DNA of 61,775 nucleotides, the filler included, from Circinaria calcarea (Eukaryota), in assembly GCA_051942165.1 (NCBI GenBank). It is 6 parts of 6 records of this genome, joined end to end, with 100 filler letters (N's around TTAATTAATTAA, not from the genome) between each part and the next. Parts side by side here need not be neighbours in the genome. Positions count along the whole stretch, not along the records: positions 10,339 to 20,556 come from JAVECS010000828.1; positions 20,657 to 30,867 come from JAVECS010000829.1; 4 more parts are not named here. One strand, written 5' to 3'. Each line of letters begins with the position of its first letter. Positions within the stretch are counted from its first letter, which is position 1. The notes below the pieces were generated by a model. That model worked only from the letters and a program-made list of their open reading frames with translations, was not told the origin of the DNA and made no database searches. This document shows, in pieces, positions 13,970 through 28,242 of the stretch. Both the position numbers and the translations under genes were made by a program.

Positions 13970-16529
13970 ATGGACACCCCTCGGGTTGTGCTTCTGATAT
14001 TCCTGCTAGTGTTTCTTTTTGTTACCCCTGATCGGCAACAGTCCAGTCCTACTCAGCTACGCAAACTACACCAACTCCTTGTGGAAGAGCGTTATGCGCT
14101 CGATTCTCTTAACAGTAGCCTGTATGGAGACTTTGATGTTACAAATGACAAGTGGGTCAATGTGACAGGTATGAGGAAGGATGACGGGTATGCGTGGGAC
14201 TTGCTGCCGCAAGTGCAGGCACGAGCAAGAGAACAGACGGTGGCGATACTCGGCTCGTGGGAACAGATCCAGTATAGCAATCCAAAAGATGGAAGACTCG
14301 GAAGCAGATATAAATCCGTCGAATCTATCGACGAAGGTCCCTTGGATGGCAGCAATGAAGACCCCAAGAATCAAGTAGTTCCGTTTTATCAAAATATTAC
14401 GGGGATTATCAAAGGTGAATGGGTCCGGTCCAAAGTTGGCATCGACCGCGAGCCTCCAACTCTCAATCTTACCAGACTTGCTCCTAGTCTGTTATACTCT
14501 ACCGACGAATTCGGTGGCAATGTTACGGGGAATGGGGGAGACGTTCGAATTAAATTAGAAGAGAAAAAGAGTGAGGTGCTCCGCGTTAAACAGAGCTCGG
14601 TCCGAGAAGTTCGAGCAGAAATGACCATTACAAACGAGGTGTCAAGCGGAGACGGTTGGAAGCTTGCCTTATATGGTGTTCACTATCCGGAATCAGGCGC
14701 TGTTCTACTTTCCACTTCTAGCCAAAAGTATTTCCTGAATTGTCGACCCCTTACAACGCTAACGGCCTTGCAGATTTCCAGGAATCTTTGTACTCCCTCA
14801 TTTTGCTCGGTCCCGGCCAGCCTTCTCCCTTGCACAGCAGCTTCTAAATCGTACCCTGATGGCTTCCGTAAAGGAACAGGAGGCCTCGATTCTCAGTTCA
14901 CCATCATATCCTTGGGCATCATCGATAAGTAGTGCTGCGGACATTCTATCACCCACGCCCTACTGTGAGTACATCCTGTTTCTTCAACAACACGCTCCGG
15001 AGTTTCTGAGTGGGACCCCAAAAGGATTTTACCGGGATCTTGCTGGTTTGCAGATGCTGGAAAACGAGCTTCGATTCCCTACTGGGGCGACTCTCACGGT
15101 AGTTCCGGTTATGAAAATGTCTGCTGTCATATTCTCTCCGGATTGTGGGTTTGTCCTTGAGTCTAAGGGCCCTCCAGCATTTCCTCAGCAGGCGGGTAAC
15201 CATCTCCGTGGACCCAAGTTAGAACAGTATCTCTACCAAGTGAAGCACGCCTTTTTAGTATTTGCAGGTATCGTCTGCGCTCAGCTATTCCTACTTACCA
15301 GGCAGATGAAGGACGCATCGACGCCTTCGACACGAAGTCGTGTTAGCTTCTATACCATCGCAATAACTGCATTTGGAGATGGCTTCATCTGCTTGTGCTT
15401 CATGTGCATAGGATTTTATTTCGATGGTCTATCCCTGATGCTGCTATCTACAGCCTTTATTGCCTTTCTTAGCGTAGCCTTCTTCGGCATGAATTTCCTC
15501 AAAGAAATATGGAAGGTTCAAGCACCTGAGCGTCAGGAAAGAGAGAGCCGTGAGGCTGTGAATCAACCAAATAATCGATATTTACCAGTTGTGGTTACCG
15601 CCCCGGCTGGAGCCGACTCACTTCCACTACCAGTCACAGCTCCGCGACCCATCGACATAGGAGCAACCCCTATCATACTACCTCCTGATCAAGACCTTGG
15701 AGCCATAGAGGCGGAGGATAATAGTATCCCTCCCCCTCAGCCTACCACTGAGACAACGCTCGGAAACGCTCGGCGCGAGATTGGTGCTTTGTACTCTCGC
15801 TTCTACTTCCTTTTATTCGCTTACTTATTTCTGTCCATTTGGGCTGCATCTTGGCCTCGACGATTACGGTCCTTCTACACTAATATCTCTGTATTCATTT
15901 ATCTCTCATTGTGGGTCCCGCAGATACACCGTAACATAGTGAGAAATTGCCGGAAAGCCCTTCGTTGGGAATTCGTCATAGGCCAGAGTATACTCCGGCT
16001 AGCTCCGTTCCTTTACTTCTACGCCGACGAAGATAACATAATCGACCGTCACACAGCGTACGTGCTTGTCGGTTGGCTATGGGTACAAGTATGGGCCATG
16101 GTCAGTCAAGAATTCCTAGGGCCACGATTCTTCGTCCCTAATGGATGGGCTCCTCCTGCATACGATTATCACCCAGTTTTGCGAGAGGGCGACGAGGAAG
16201 CAGGGGCTCTAATGCCCATTGGTTTTACACAAGGTATCACCACCGATGGTGGCTTTTTGGCTCGCACAACTGAAGAGCCCTTCCGGAACGGTCAGAAGGC
16301 TTTTGACTGTGCCATCTGCATGCAGAATGTGGATGTGCCAGTCGAGCGCTCGAGGGATCATGGTGATGGCGAGGTGGCATCGTCGCTGGGTGGCGGCCTT
16401 TTTGGCCAAAGTAGGCGATCCTACATGATCACGCCGTGTCGGCACATCTTCCATAGTGCGTGTCTAGAAGGGTGGATGCGCTATCGACTGCAGTGTCCGA
16501 TTTGCCGTGAGGTTTTGCCTCCACTTTAA
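13970..16529 (+). CDS. TUL1: DSC E3 ubiquitin ligase subunit 1 (multi-TM, C-terminal RING-H2); one short intron near 14728-14773
   Basis: Signal/luminal domain, QMKDASTPSTRSRVSFYTI, multiple TMs, PPAYDYHP, RING CAICM...TPCRHIFHSACLEGWMRYRLQCPICR. Confidence 0.92.
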
Positions 16530-16926
16530 GCGGAGCCGCACAAGTGGAACTGTCTTGGATTGAGAAATTCTACCTTCTTCATTCGTTAGTGATATATAAT
16601 TAAGAAACTTCCGTGTATTAAGACGATCCTTTAGCCGTGACCACAACTAAGTACTATGATGTTATCCGCAATTGGGCTTTTAAGCGTTGGTATGGCTTGC
16701 TCCGTCTCAGGGTCTCTGGGCTCCCACCCATGCAACTGCATAGAATGTATTGTCATGGATGGTTGTGTATAACTATACCAGTGAAAGGTGCGACAACCGT
16801 CAATTCCCCGCTTGTCTCGTAAGAAGCAAATCAGAACTACACTTACCCCTATAAATCCCATCTAATTACTAACTCAAAGTCCCCACCCTTACATTCTATC
16901 TTTCCACCAGGTGGAAAGTCAATACC

Positions 16927-18335
16927 ATGTCGGCCATACAATCTTACAGAATCTCAATCTCGGACTCTGCAATTACGCAGCTTCACCAGAAGCTGTCTTC
17001 CGCAACATTTCCAGATGAGCTCGATAGCGCAGGCTGGGAATACGGATCCCCGCTTGCCGACGTCAAAAACCTAACGGCTTACTGGAGGGATAAGTTCAAT
17101 TGGAGAAATGTCGAGGCCAAGCTTAATGAATTGCCCAACTACACCTGTACCGTCCAAGCAGAGGGGTTTCAGCCACTGCGGATTCATTTCGTACATGCCA
17201 GAAGCAAGGTCGAGAATGCCATCCCATTGCTATTCCTTCATGGATGTGCGTATTCTGGCTTTGAGATGACGAAACCCAAGCTGACCTCATACTCCAGGGC
17301 CCGGCAGCTTCATAGAGGTGTCAAAGCTCCTCCCCATTCTCGTGGACGGCGAAAAGAACGGCCCCGCTTTCCACGTCGTCGCGCCCTCTCTGCCAAACTT
17401 TGGTTTCTCAGACGGCGTCCGAGAGCGGGGTTTCGCCATAGCCCAGTACGCAGAAACGTGCCATAAGTTAATGCAGACTCTTGGCTATCCCGAATACGTG
17501 ACCCAAGGCGGTGACTGGGTCTGTTTGGATTCTCTTTCTCCCTCCAACCTTTGGGAATTAAAGCGCTGAAATACCCCTTAGGGCGCCATAATATCCCGTG
17601 CCATCGCCCAATTATACCCCCATGCTTGTAAAGCCAACCATCTCAACCTGGTACCCGGTGCCCTACCTGGCTTCAAACATCCGCTACTTGCTCTACAGTA
17701 CCTATTGGGCTTCTATACCCCTTACGAACGACGGAGCCTTGAGCGTTCACAATGGTTCATGAAATCAGGCATGGGCTACTTCCAGGAGCAGTCCACGAAG
17801 CCACAGACCATTGGCTACGCGCTCGCAGACAGCCCCGTAGCGCTGTTGGCTTGGATATACGAGAAACTGCACGACTGGACGGACGATTATCCATGGACGG
17901 AAGAAGAAATCCTGACGTGGGTGTCGATTTATTGGTTCTCGACCGCCGGGCCGGCGGCGAGCGTGCGCATCTACTACGAGGCTTCGAACAGTGCGGAATT
18001 CAGAGTCAACACTCCCGCCAAGTGGGTTCCAGACGTCAAACTGGTATGTTCTCTTTTCACCCTTTGTTTTTCGCGATAACAGGGATTGTTTCCGGTTGGA
18101 GCGTTGCACTGATTTTGGGAAAAAGGGTTTCGCGTTTTTCCCGAAAGAAATCATGCTATTCCCCAAGTCCTGGGCACGCTTGGTCGGCCCCGTGGTGTAC
18201 GAGAACGAAAACAGCAGCGGTGGGCACTTTGCGGCGTGGGAGAAGCCGGAGAGCATCGCCGGCGACCTCAGGATTATGTTTGGCCGTGGAGGAGGCGCCT
18301 ATGGGGTGGTGCAGGGCAAAGGTGGTTACTCTTGA
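16927..18335 (+). CDS. Microsomal-type epoxide hydrolase (EHN + alpha/beta hydrolase), 4 exons
   Basis: [26 protein letters not shown], nucleophile motif [30 protein letters not shown]. Confidence 0.92.
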
Positions 18336-20422
18336 ACTGTAAAACAGGAAGGGAACCCGTATACGTTTGTGTGCATAGTCGGCAACCGTGATCGGACGTG
18401 CTAGAGTCTATAACCTTGCTGGCTTACAATCAAACATACCAGCTCTGAAAACATTATCGCAAGACCGATGTCTAGCTCCCTTTTCCTCCTCGCAGATGTA
18501 CTGTATTCATCCAGTTGGGTTCACCCTGATGCCCATCTACCGCCTTTCACCAGAAGAACCATATCAATCTGTATCACAGTCAATTTACCCTCGATAAAAC
18601 GCCCTCCGGTTTCGAGACTGTAAGCGGGGGTGAGGAAAACACTTTCGAGTTCCGAGTATCGTCATCTACCCTGTCAGGGCGAGTAAAATGTGCGAGGCAG
18701 GAAGGTTTTTGGTGCTCTCGGGTATTTTTAGTAAGGTGAGTAAGCCGGATGGCCCAAGGGGTTGAGAAAGGTTCAGGGAAGAAGAAGGGGGAAGGGAAGA
18801 AGTAACAAAGTATGAGGGAAGGAGGAAAACCCTAGCTAGCCGGTTTTACTCTACCTACGACAACCCCCTAGAAACCAGAGAGCCCTTCTTATGAAGTTGA
18901 GGCGCGGCCACATATGGTACGAGCTCATACCAACGGTTCTTTCTTCCCTCCATTTCCGGCCGTCGGAAACCAACCTCCGTCTGACTTCTCTCACTACCCA
19001 TCTCCTTCCCCCTTTCCTGCATCTCCCTCCTCATCTTCAATTCTGCTGTATCTCACTTCCCCCCGCCCCCCCATTTTCCTATGGAACCCTGACACGAACC
19101 CCGCATCGCCTTCAAGTACACTTCCCACAAGTCCCGCATTGCCAAATCTCGCCAAACCGGTGCATTCCCCACATGTTCGCGTAGTGCCTGCGTGCAAAAA
19201 TGCTCTGCTTACCAGCTCCCCGCGACGGTAGAAAAAAAAATACCACATCTTGAATGCCCGCTCCCTTGTTATTTTTTCTTTATCTTTCTTTTCCTCTGCG
19301 AGGCCGAGGTGGAATAAGTCCCGCACGTGCGCGTCCCTGGGCCCTCCGGATTGGAGAAATTCGTTTCGGGTCTCTTCCTGCGCACCTAGACGTAGAGTGA
19401 CGTGTCCAAGGTCCTCGTGTGCGAAACAGTCGTCCGTGGGCCCTGATGTGCGATCTCCTCTCCGCAGGCCGATGGGCTGGCATCGTAGATCCTCGATCAG
19501 CTTGGCGGAATCTCGACCCTATTTCTTCCTGAGGAGGTAGCGTCCGGAACAGGTGTCACGCGCAAGCCTTCCTTGTCGAAGAGGGTGGCCAACGCGTTGA
19601 TTTTGTTGGCGCAGCTTGGGTAGGTGCAGTTGGCGACGCGGCCGGAGCAGTGTTGTGGTAGGTGCAGCTGCTTTTGGTACGGTTAGTTACGCAATTGTAG
19701 CGAACAGCTGTGGCGGTCAGGGGTTCGGGGCGCACCTGGGAAAGGGGGGTGAGCATTGTGGAGGGAAGGGGAAACGGAGGTGTTCTGTTGACTTGAGTGA
19801 CCTTTCGGTTTCGACTCGAGGGGCTCAGGCGCCGTCGGCGGGATTGTGGGTCGTTCCGAATTGCTCATGGCGGGCTGGGGGCTGTCACAGTTGTAAGCTT
19901 TGTAAAGTAGCTGGGTTTGGTGAGAAATGATCAATGTAGATAAGATTCTTTTTCTTCCGCTGAACGCAACGCGTCAGTTACAAATAGCGTGAGCTTAAGG
20001 AACCAATGCTACCCCGACGACAACCGTACGCGAACCTAGTGGGAGAAAATCTGATTTAGCCGGTACTCGAAGCAGGAACGGTAAGGAAGCGGCTTTTTCG
20101 TTCAGGGAAGAACATGACTGAGGCCTTCCAATGGACTGAAGTGTTGGATCTGTTAACGTAATAGCTAATTAGCACTTCAAATCATTCGAGACGCAGGATC
20201 TTGCTAACGAAAATATTAGATGAAGATCTGTTAGACAATGGATTTCTGAGACTTTCATCCACCTCGTCGGAATAGTGTCCTCAGGAGGGAATCAGTTAGC
20301 CTCCGTTGAACACATCATACGAAAGGTTGAATTCCGCTCCTCGCTGATTGACATCTCCCGATATGTTATTGGTGCACGTATCCATACACAACGATATCTT
20401 AATCCATCCACCCACAATTGCA

Positions 20423-20556
20423 TTACTCCGTAAACTTCCCATACTCTTCCGCACCCATTAATTTCTCCACCTCCTTCCCATCCTTGATCTCCACCCTAGC
20501 TATCCATCCCTCAGCCTCCGCCCCATTGTTTATAGTTCCCGGTTTTGCCTCTAACT
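20423..20556 (-). CDS. GCV3: Glycine cleavage system H protein, C-terminal fragment (cut by contig end)
   Basis: Reverse strand reads LEAKPGTINNGAEAEGWIARVEIKDGKEVEKLMGAEEYGKFTE*, typical H-protein C-terminus. Confidence 0.75.
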
Positions 20557-20656
20557 NNNNNNNNNNNNNNNNNNNNNNNNNNNNNNNNNNNNNNNNNNNN
20601 TTAATTAATTAANNNNNNNNNNNNNNNNNNNNNNNNNNNNNNNNNNNNNNNNNNNN
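20557..20656. other. Artificial contig linker
   Basis: N44-TTAATTAATTAA-N44. Confidence 0.98.
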
Positions 20657-21904
20657 ACAGACCGCCTCGGCACCATGTCTCTCCAAAGTTATCGTCGAAT
20701 CCGGTCATTTCTGCAGTCCCAATCCAATGCTTGCTCATGCTCGCCAGCAAGACACTGTGTGTCTAATGACGGCTATGATGGCACAGCCCCTCGGTTCTGA
20801 GTTTAGCTCTCTTGTCCTTGCTAGAATCAATGAGCACCATACCAAATATGGTGACAGAATCAATAGTGACACGGTCTTGTGGCTCTCTTGGTACGACACA
20901 GTCCCACCTATCTTGTCAGCTGGATGTCTAACAAGCCTAGGATGTGGATGAATGGGCCCGTCCAGTGGATCAGCCGCGGGGGTTGGCGCAAGCTCGAGCC
21001 CTTTGAGGTTCATGCGATGTGGATTTTCTGGCGCGAGCTTTCTGTCCGTATGGGCTGCAAATGGGTACCATATCATCTTGAGGAGCTAGAACACTTCCGC
21101 GAGGTAGGTCCGGCAGCCGGCGTTAAAATCAAGGACTCACACTGTGTGACTGACCGTGAACCAGCAATTTCAAGAACTTGAGCAAAAGCCAAGCACGTGG
21201 AACGCTCAGATGAGTGATGCCATCATTGACGACATATGCTACAAGCATCCTAGCCTTTTCAAGCCGATGGCTCGTAAATGCATCATCGCAATCCTCGATG
21301 CCGATGTTATCTGGGCGAACGGGTGCGTACGCCGTCTCCACAATTCGGGGAGCCAATTGGGGGAGCATGCACATTGACCTGATACAGTTACACGCCCGAG
21401 TTCAATCCAACTCTACGTAGCTATCTCCTCGGCCTCTTCTCGCTCTTCGGCTTCTTCCAACGCCATTTCTGTCTCCCCCGTTTCCGTCCCCGAATTCTCA
21501 CCCCTCTAACAGCCGACGCAACCCGGACCGTTAACTTCCCCGACTACACATTCCCAAACACTCCATTCTACGTCGCTCCGACCATCTGGAACCAGTATGG
21601 GCTCTTCGCTCTTATCGACCGTCTTCGCGGCATGCCCCTTCCTAGCGCACACCTTGGCGGCAATGGTGTCAAATGGGAGTCAATAGGTGCGAAGCTTAAA
21701 TCAGAAAATTTGCAGCTCAAATCCGAAGCGAAGGTGAGGGAACAGGCTAGGGAGATGATGTGGCAGCCTTGGGGATGGAGGGCGAAGACCAAGTTCCAAT
21801 CCAAGCCTATTGTTGTTGACCGGCACTGGGGTGAAGGATACGGTTCTCGCGAGAACGCTTATACCATCGCGGAACTTGAGGCAAAAGAGAAGATGGCTAA
21901 GTAA
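20657..21904 (+). CDS. 5'-truncated MpaB'/rubber-oxygenase-like (ER-bound oxygenase) protein, multi-exon
   Basis: LSKVIVESGHF...ARQQDT...LARINEHHTKY...PVQWISRGGWRKLEPFEVHAMWIFWRELSVRMG resembles the MpaB family. Confidence 0.65.
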
Positions 21905-24900
21905 GTGGTATGTCGGTGACTGTCTTGATCTTTGGTAGCTACGGGATTTGACAATGGCCTTTGCCTACTCTAGGTACTTCACCTCAATACTCTTCTAAGC
22001 CCTTTCAACTACTTCAATTCTGATGTCCGGCTACTCTACTCGGTGATTGCTAGCAGGTCTGAACAATCGGGATTTGTTGAGTACTATCCTGTCGTGGCAC
22101 TTCAGCTGCCTTTGACTCCTTCGGGTTCCTGAGTGTTTGGCTAGGTAGTCTAGATAGGGTCGAGCTCTCGTAGTCAGAAATAGACACCGAAAGCAGAATG
22201 TTCACCGGTTGGTACGTCTCGTCTGGTGAACCAGGAGATAGTATAGTGGAAAGTAATAATCCAACCACGCGTGCCGCAATATCCACGGTTCTGCTTTCCC
22301 ATTAATGCTGAATGTACCCCAACTCGTTCATAGAGGTGATCACGTGACCGTGATAAGGCAGTTTGTCCTAGAACCGTAGCGGGAGGTCGGGCTCTAAAAA
22401 GTGCGCAGGATTAATTTACCCCTATGTATATACCCCAGGGCTGCTGAGGTGATTGGCTACCTCCACCTCTCCCTACCTCGGAACCTTAGCCCTTGAAGAG
22501 GCTGAAATAGATACTTGGAATATAGGTCAGATGATTGCCGTCGATAAGTGCTACCGGTGGGGATTGGTCGGCGGCCGTTCTCTCCGGCGCCTCGGATCGA
22601 TTGGGTACCTACTTTGGGATGCTCTATTCCACCTCGCCCATTCTAGAGCCATGGGTTTGGCTTCCCAACCCCACCCGAGCATCCGGGCCAAAATACGGCG
22701 GGATATCGGGAACCTTGAGTGGGTGCGAGGATTTTGAGATCAAGAAGCGTGTTGTAAATAAATAAAATCTATATAGTTATTCAGGTTAGCGCCACTATAA
22801 AAGCCTTATCTTGAGATCAGGAGCACGGAGAAGGGCCGCAAAGCAACAATTTGGAAGGAATAGATTTCACGGCAACGCCTGCACCCAAACGCAAAGCGGG
22901 TGATGAAAAGCTTCTGTTGCTAAAATGTCTGGGAAATAGTATCCACAACCCATTGAGTATTCTATAGCTATACAATATTAGACGATGCCTAATTGACCTC
23001 CAAGTATTAGTCTCGCCCCTTTAGGATAAGGATGGGTTCGTTCCTGTATTACCATATCTTTCAGATTCCTAAAATTATCCGTAAATGGACCAATAAGCTC
23101 CACATCGTCTTTTGGAATGATAGTCTTCACTTCCCCGACCCCCCGGAAGAGGTCTCCAGTATATATTCATGTTTAGGTCGACGACGCGAACAATAAGTCT
23201 TCCCGAGGGCCCGAGAGTTGCCTCAACGGCATACCGGGCACCCACAGTCCATTCTTGAGGATTCGCAATCCTAGTCTATTCCGTCCTGACACCTCGCCTA
23301 TGATAACCGCCCGACACGCGCATCGCCGACGGAGGTCACTATACGTCAGAGCCCTCAAGGTGGCTCTACTAAAACTTGGATTTGCAGGTACTGGGCCTGG
23401 TGGAGGTGGAAGAGGAACCTGTACATGAGGGATTGGCTGATTGGGAGAGATATAAGCAACCGCATTGGGGATAGGTTGAAAAATCGCTGCATTACCGACT
23501 GGTGCATAAGGGTTCCAGGTACTGCGGTAGGAATGACAGAGGACACGGTGGACAAATTACAGCCGAGCTGGATAGTCGGTACGTAGGTAGTTGCAAGCAG
23601 AAGTGACTTGCATGGGAGTGGGAAAGTTTGGTTTTGGGCCATGATGGCGGTTGACATGGCTTTTAGCTCTACCCCATGCGGCACGAATATCTCTGGCTGT
23701 ATGAAAAGGCGAGGCTGGTAAACCTATTGCGTCGAAGAGATCAAAGCGTATCCAGGCCGGAAGGTGGGGTGTTGCAATGAATGCTAGTTAAGGATAGGGG
23801 TAACTTCTTTTTCCTTCTCCTAGTAGGAGGGGTGCTACCACTGCCATAATTGTCAGAGTAAACCAGGTGGAGGCTGAAGACTGGGTTGTCTGCCAATTAT
23901 CAACGGAATTTATATAAATATCACCTTGAAGACTCTTTGACACAGACGAAGATGGCCTTAGGTTCATTTGTTTGCCATTAAAGGCGTGGCAAGGCAATAT
24001 CTGCTAAAAGCGAAGAACTGGTGGCTATGTGGACTTAGGACAAGCTGTCAACAATTTACAATTCAATTGTCGTAATTATAGGGTAAAAAAGAGGTATTCC
24101 ATATTCAATACGAATTACATGCAAGTCGAGCTAATGTATTTCTACCCGGAAAATACACAAAATGATCATTTTCGAATGTAGCAGCATAATATGAGGCATT
24201 GTAAACAGATTTGACATTGATGTTGATCACTTTGCTACTTCCAGTACCTTTTAGGGGCACAAGCTAGAGGTAGATGAGAAAGGAATAGTATATTACTATA
24301 GACGCTAACTTGTATATTGAGAATCAAATGCAAATCTAGAGATTTTGTGCGATAAGTGCGCTTTTCTTGAAGCAGATTGAGCTTCATGGCTTCTCGACCG
24401 TAGCCATATGTTATCGAAGGACCCTCCATAACGGCTTCTTTGTTCTATCAAAAGTTACAGTTGATCGAAGTCTGGTGAACAACGCGAAAATGGAAAATGA
24501 TGTCGCTGAGGGCAGAATTAAGAACAAAGAGACAGGCTTGTACAAACTGAGAGTTATACCGATCATAGCCACCACGAGTGTCGTGCTGTTGGATGGAAGC
24601 AACCGTCGTCGTTATCTTACTCATGCATTATCCATGGATCTTGCTAAGTGAGGTTTGCTGAACCATGATCTTGGGCTCTATGCTGTAAATGTGGACCATT
24701 GTGAGCTAGACAGGTGAACCCAAGCTGTGCAATCCTTCTTGAAAACAGACGCTAGCGAAGACGTGTTCTCTCGTACTTTTCCCTCTGGTATAGGGCGCAG
24801 ATTGAGCAATTCATAGGGTATAAGTAGGCTAACGAGATGGAAATTTCAAAAAGCAAACAACGATCCAACCAGATCCCGCCAGCAATGGTATGAGTACTGT

Positions 24901-26808
24901 TTTGATACTCGGTAATGGAAGCTTCGAGTTTCTAACTCCGTATCTTGTAGGCATCTCAGACGAACCGGAAGCAAATCTCAGTTGCCATACCTTTACGCCC
25001 TGTTCATGCAATTCCAACTTGTATGTCACACCACCTTTGTGCGTTTTGCTCCGTACTAGGGCGTCGACCTACTCACCGTATTTCTGGCAGTCACCAAGGA
25101 AGAACCCTGCAAAAGCGTTGGCGGCCGGTTGCGGTTCGTGCATGATGGCTTTGCCAACTTCCCAGTTGGCATTATCCGATCATTAGCCAGACATACCATG
25201 TAAGAGTTCTAGGGATTCTAGCGGTCTAAGGTCGTACTCAAGCACCTCGTCATAGATATGACTACCGAGTTTGCGAGCCAGGTGAAGGAAACTTGGGTGA
25301 TTGTGCAAGCTGCCGTCGTCGCGCCTGGCGAGTGCTCTGGTTCCGAGGACTTATGCGAGCATGCTAGGCAAAATCCAGGAGATCGCTGGAGACTTGCATA
25401 TCGGAAGGTCCCCGACACTGATGGTAATCGGCGCAGAGGTCCACGGTCACACTTGAAGGTTTCTGGTATTTTCGTAGATCGAAGATGCAAAAGTCGAAGC
25501 TGTACCTGGGTCTGGGAGCTGTATGTGTCCGAGGACTGTGCGGTCAAGCTGTGATGGTTCACATAAGAGGAGGGGCTACCAGAGCCTGGCTGCTGATAAT
25601 ACTTATACGAGCGGTGCCTGATCAGGTCTCGATTTGGTACAAGGTACATGTAGATACCACGTCTCTATCCGCTGCGGACACCCGTTGATGTTGTGCGTAA
25701 GCAGCCTGAAACGTGCACTATTGTGAAAAGGACGCTAGGGACGGGAGGAGGTTTACCCCGAATAGACCTCACTTAATTCCAAGGACCACCTCAAGCAGAC
25801 AACCATTGCATCTGGAATCCGATTAGTCCTCTTATCCATAGACTCTAGCTTCCTCTCACGTCAGCGGTATACCACGCTGAAGTCGATAACGTCCTAGAAA
25901 GAGTAAGTTGGCTTTGGCGGTCAAGGTACTTCGCCCACTATGATGCCCACCGAACCCCTTATTATCGCAATGCGCTTTATTCTATATGATCCATCCGGAT
26001 GATATCTTTTACTCCTTTTCTGCGTGGTTGTGTCAAACTTCTAGAGTTATTGGTTCGTGGCAAAGCCCCTCAGGTTTCCCATGTGGTTCTGATAAAATAA
26101 GCCCACGCGACTATGCGGTTGTACATGCGTAACAGTTAGCAACCTTATCGCTCATCTCGTGTGTACACGCAGGAAGAATTGGCCTAGTGCCTATAGCATT
26201 TGGAGAACCTGAACCCACATTTATTACCCTTTACTTTCCCTGAACAGAGGACTCTCCAACACGTTTTGGTGAAAAGCGGCAATTGGGCATTCGAGTGACA
26301 GCAGCAGAAGGATTTGCTGCCAAGAGAGCCTTCGGCTTAAGGTGTACTACGCCTTCAGCTAGACCGTGGCTCATGCCTAAAGCAGATTTGACTTGCCCCG
26401 TACAAGAAGGTGTGAAAGCTGATCCTACCAGTATTATTATGGCGAAGCTTCTCCAGCCGAAACCCAGTCTCGACAACGTGAATCCTATGCAAACATGGAT
26501 CGCTTGGTGCTGGCGTAGGCGACGTGCTAAAACCGAGTTTCTGGCGTAGTACCATCTCGCCTAACTTACCATCAGCCCACTGCTCAAGGATGAGAGGTAT
26601 ATATTTAGGGGATCTATTCTATTATTTTCCTCCTTGTCTCTCCCGACTGCACTGTCTACACTTCCCTTCCATATAACCTCACTATCTTAAGAGCCGCCGA
26701 AGGGTCACTCCAAGTGCATTTCCTACAACCTTCTCATTGGGCATCACACTGTCCTGTAACCCCACACTCTTGACCTTTCCAGGCGATCACAAACCGCTGT
26801 CCGATACG

Positions 26809-28242
26809 ATGATTCCTGAGTTGAAAGGAGGCATGACTGAATTGGTGGTCATGGAAACCGCGGTGTCATCAGCAACTCCGAGCCATGTGGACTTGTCGGC
26901 TTTGGAAACCACAGCCCTGCCTTCAGCGCTGCCTGCAATGCCGGCCGAACTTGAATCTCCAAGATACGCTCGCCTACGCTACATCGTATTCACTGTCTAT
27001 CGCCGTCTGTTTTCGATGATCTTCTTCCTCAATCTCATTGCCTTCATCGTGGTCCTAAATCGAGATCAGATACAAATCGACTTCGTCAATGCTATCACTG
27101 CTAATTTGATGATTTCGGGCCTTGCTAGGAACCCTTTGGTTGTTAACGTCATGCTCTTTTGCCTTTCAAAGATACCACGTTCAGCGCCATTGGCTATACG
27201 CCGTTTAGTTGCAAAGGGCTACCACTACGGGGGGTTCCACAGTGGCTGCGGTGTTGCCGCCCTTGTCTGGTATATCGGCTTTACCGCACTTCTAACTCGA
27301 GACTTCACGAAGTCACATACCCACAACACCAAATCACTCCCCAGCTTGGTGCTCGCGTACGTCATCCTATTGCTGCTGCTAGCTATTGTGGCTGCTGCAT
27401 ATCCCAGAATCCGTCTTCACCTCCACGACTGGTTTGAGTTTGTGCACCGGTTCTCAGGCTGGACAGTTGTGGTATTCTTCTGGGCATTGTTACTGGTATT
27501 TGCAAGCCACGCCAAAGAGGTCGACAAGGAAACACTCGGTCAATTCCTCGCCGCACTTCCGGCTTTCTGGATGACCGTGATCATTACAGTGTCAATCATT
27601 CACCCCTGGCTCTACCTTCGAAGAGTTCGCATCGTCCCAGAATACATCTCTTCCCACGCCGTCAGATTACACTTCCGCTACACCACTGCCAAGGTTGCCC
27701 AGACCATCAGCATTTCGAACCATCCCCTGCGAGACTGGCACGGGTTCGCCATCTTTCCTGATGCCGATGGAAAAGGTTTCTCGGCCCTGGTTTCCAAGGC
27801 CGGAGACTGGACGGCCGACTGCATCGCAAAGCAACCAACCCACATGTGGAAACGCAGCTTCCCAGCTTACAACCTCTGCCTCGCCATGAACGTGTTCCAA
27901 AAGATTGTCTGTGTAGCCACTGGCTCGGGTATCGGACCGGTCCTCTCATTCTTGGCAGATCCTGGACGTCCGCCCATGCGAGTTATCTGGCAAACACGAT
28001 CGCCGCTCAAAACCTACGGGCAAGGGATTCTGGATGCAGTCGCACAACTTGATTCTACTACCGTGGTTATCGACACTAACCTAACAGGCCGCCGAGATAT
28101 GCTACCAATGGTATGGGACATGGTGAGTTCGTTTCAGGCCGAAGCCGTGGTCGTAGTCAGCAACCACTACATGACGAGGAAGTTGGTATTCGAGTTGGAG
28201 GCGCGTGGTATCCCGGCATATGGACCGATTTACGACTCTTGA
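26809..28242 (+). CDS. TmpA-like integral membrane flavoprotein (TM helices + FAD/NAD(P)-binding C-terminus)
   Basis: YHYGGFHSGCG, HDWFEFVHRFSGW, LRDWHGFA, VSKAGDWT, VATGSGIGP, C-terminal AYGPIYDS. Confidence 0.8.
   Translation: MIPELKGGMTELVVMETAVSSATPSHVDLSALETTALPSALPAMPAELESPRYARLRYIVFTVYRRLFSMIFFLNLIAFIVVLNRDQIQIDFVNAITANLMISGLARNPLVVNVMLFCLSKIPRSAPLAIRRLVAKGYHYGGFHSGCGVAALVWYIGFTALLTRDFTKSHTHNTKSLPSLVLAYVILLLLLAIVAAAYPRIRLHLHDWFEFVHRFSGWTVVVFFWALLLVFASHAKEVDKETLGQFLAALPAFWMTVIITVSIIHPWLYLRRVRIVPEYISSHAVRLHFRYTTAKVAQTISISNHPLRDWHGFAIFPDADGKGFSALVSKAGDWTADCIAKQPTHMWKRSFPAYNLCLAMNVFQKIVCVATGSGIGPVLSFLADPGRPPMRVIWQTRSPLKTYGQGILDAVAQLDSTTVVIDTNLTGRRDMLPMVWDMVSSFQAEAVVVVSNHYMTRKLVFELEARGIPAYGPIYDS

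Noticed and set aside
22351..22811. Possible solo LTR (TGATAAGGC...GCCTTATCT)
   Set aside because: The 3' end is not CA and no target-site duplication is visible.
23557..23748. Minus-strand J-domain-like fragment (DLFDAIGLPASPFHTARDIRAAW...QVTSACNYL*)
   Set aside because: No HPD motif, no clear start and an early stop; similarity is too weak to call without an HMM search.
24230..25690. Short ORFs suggesting a decayed gene or transposon
   Set aside because: No diagnostic transposase, RT or other motif could be recognised.
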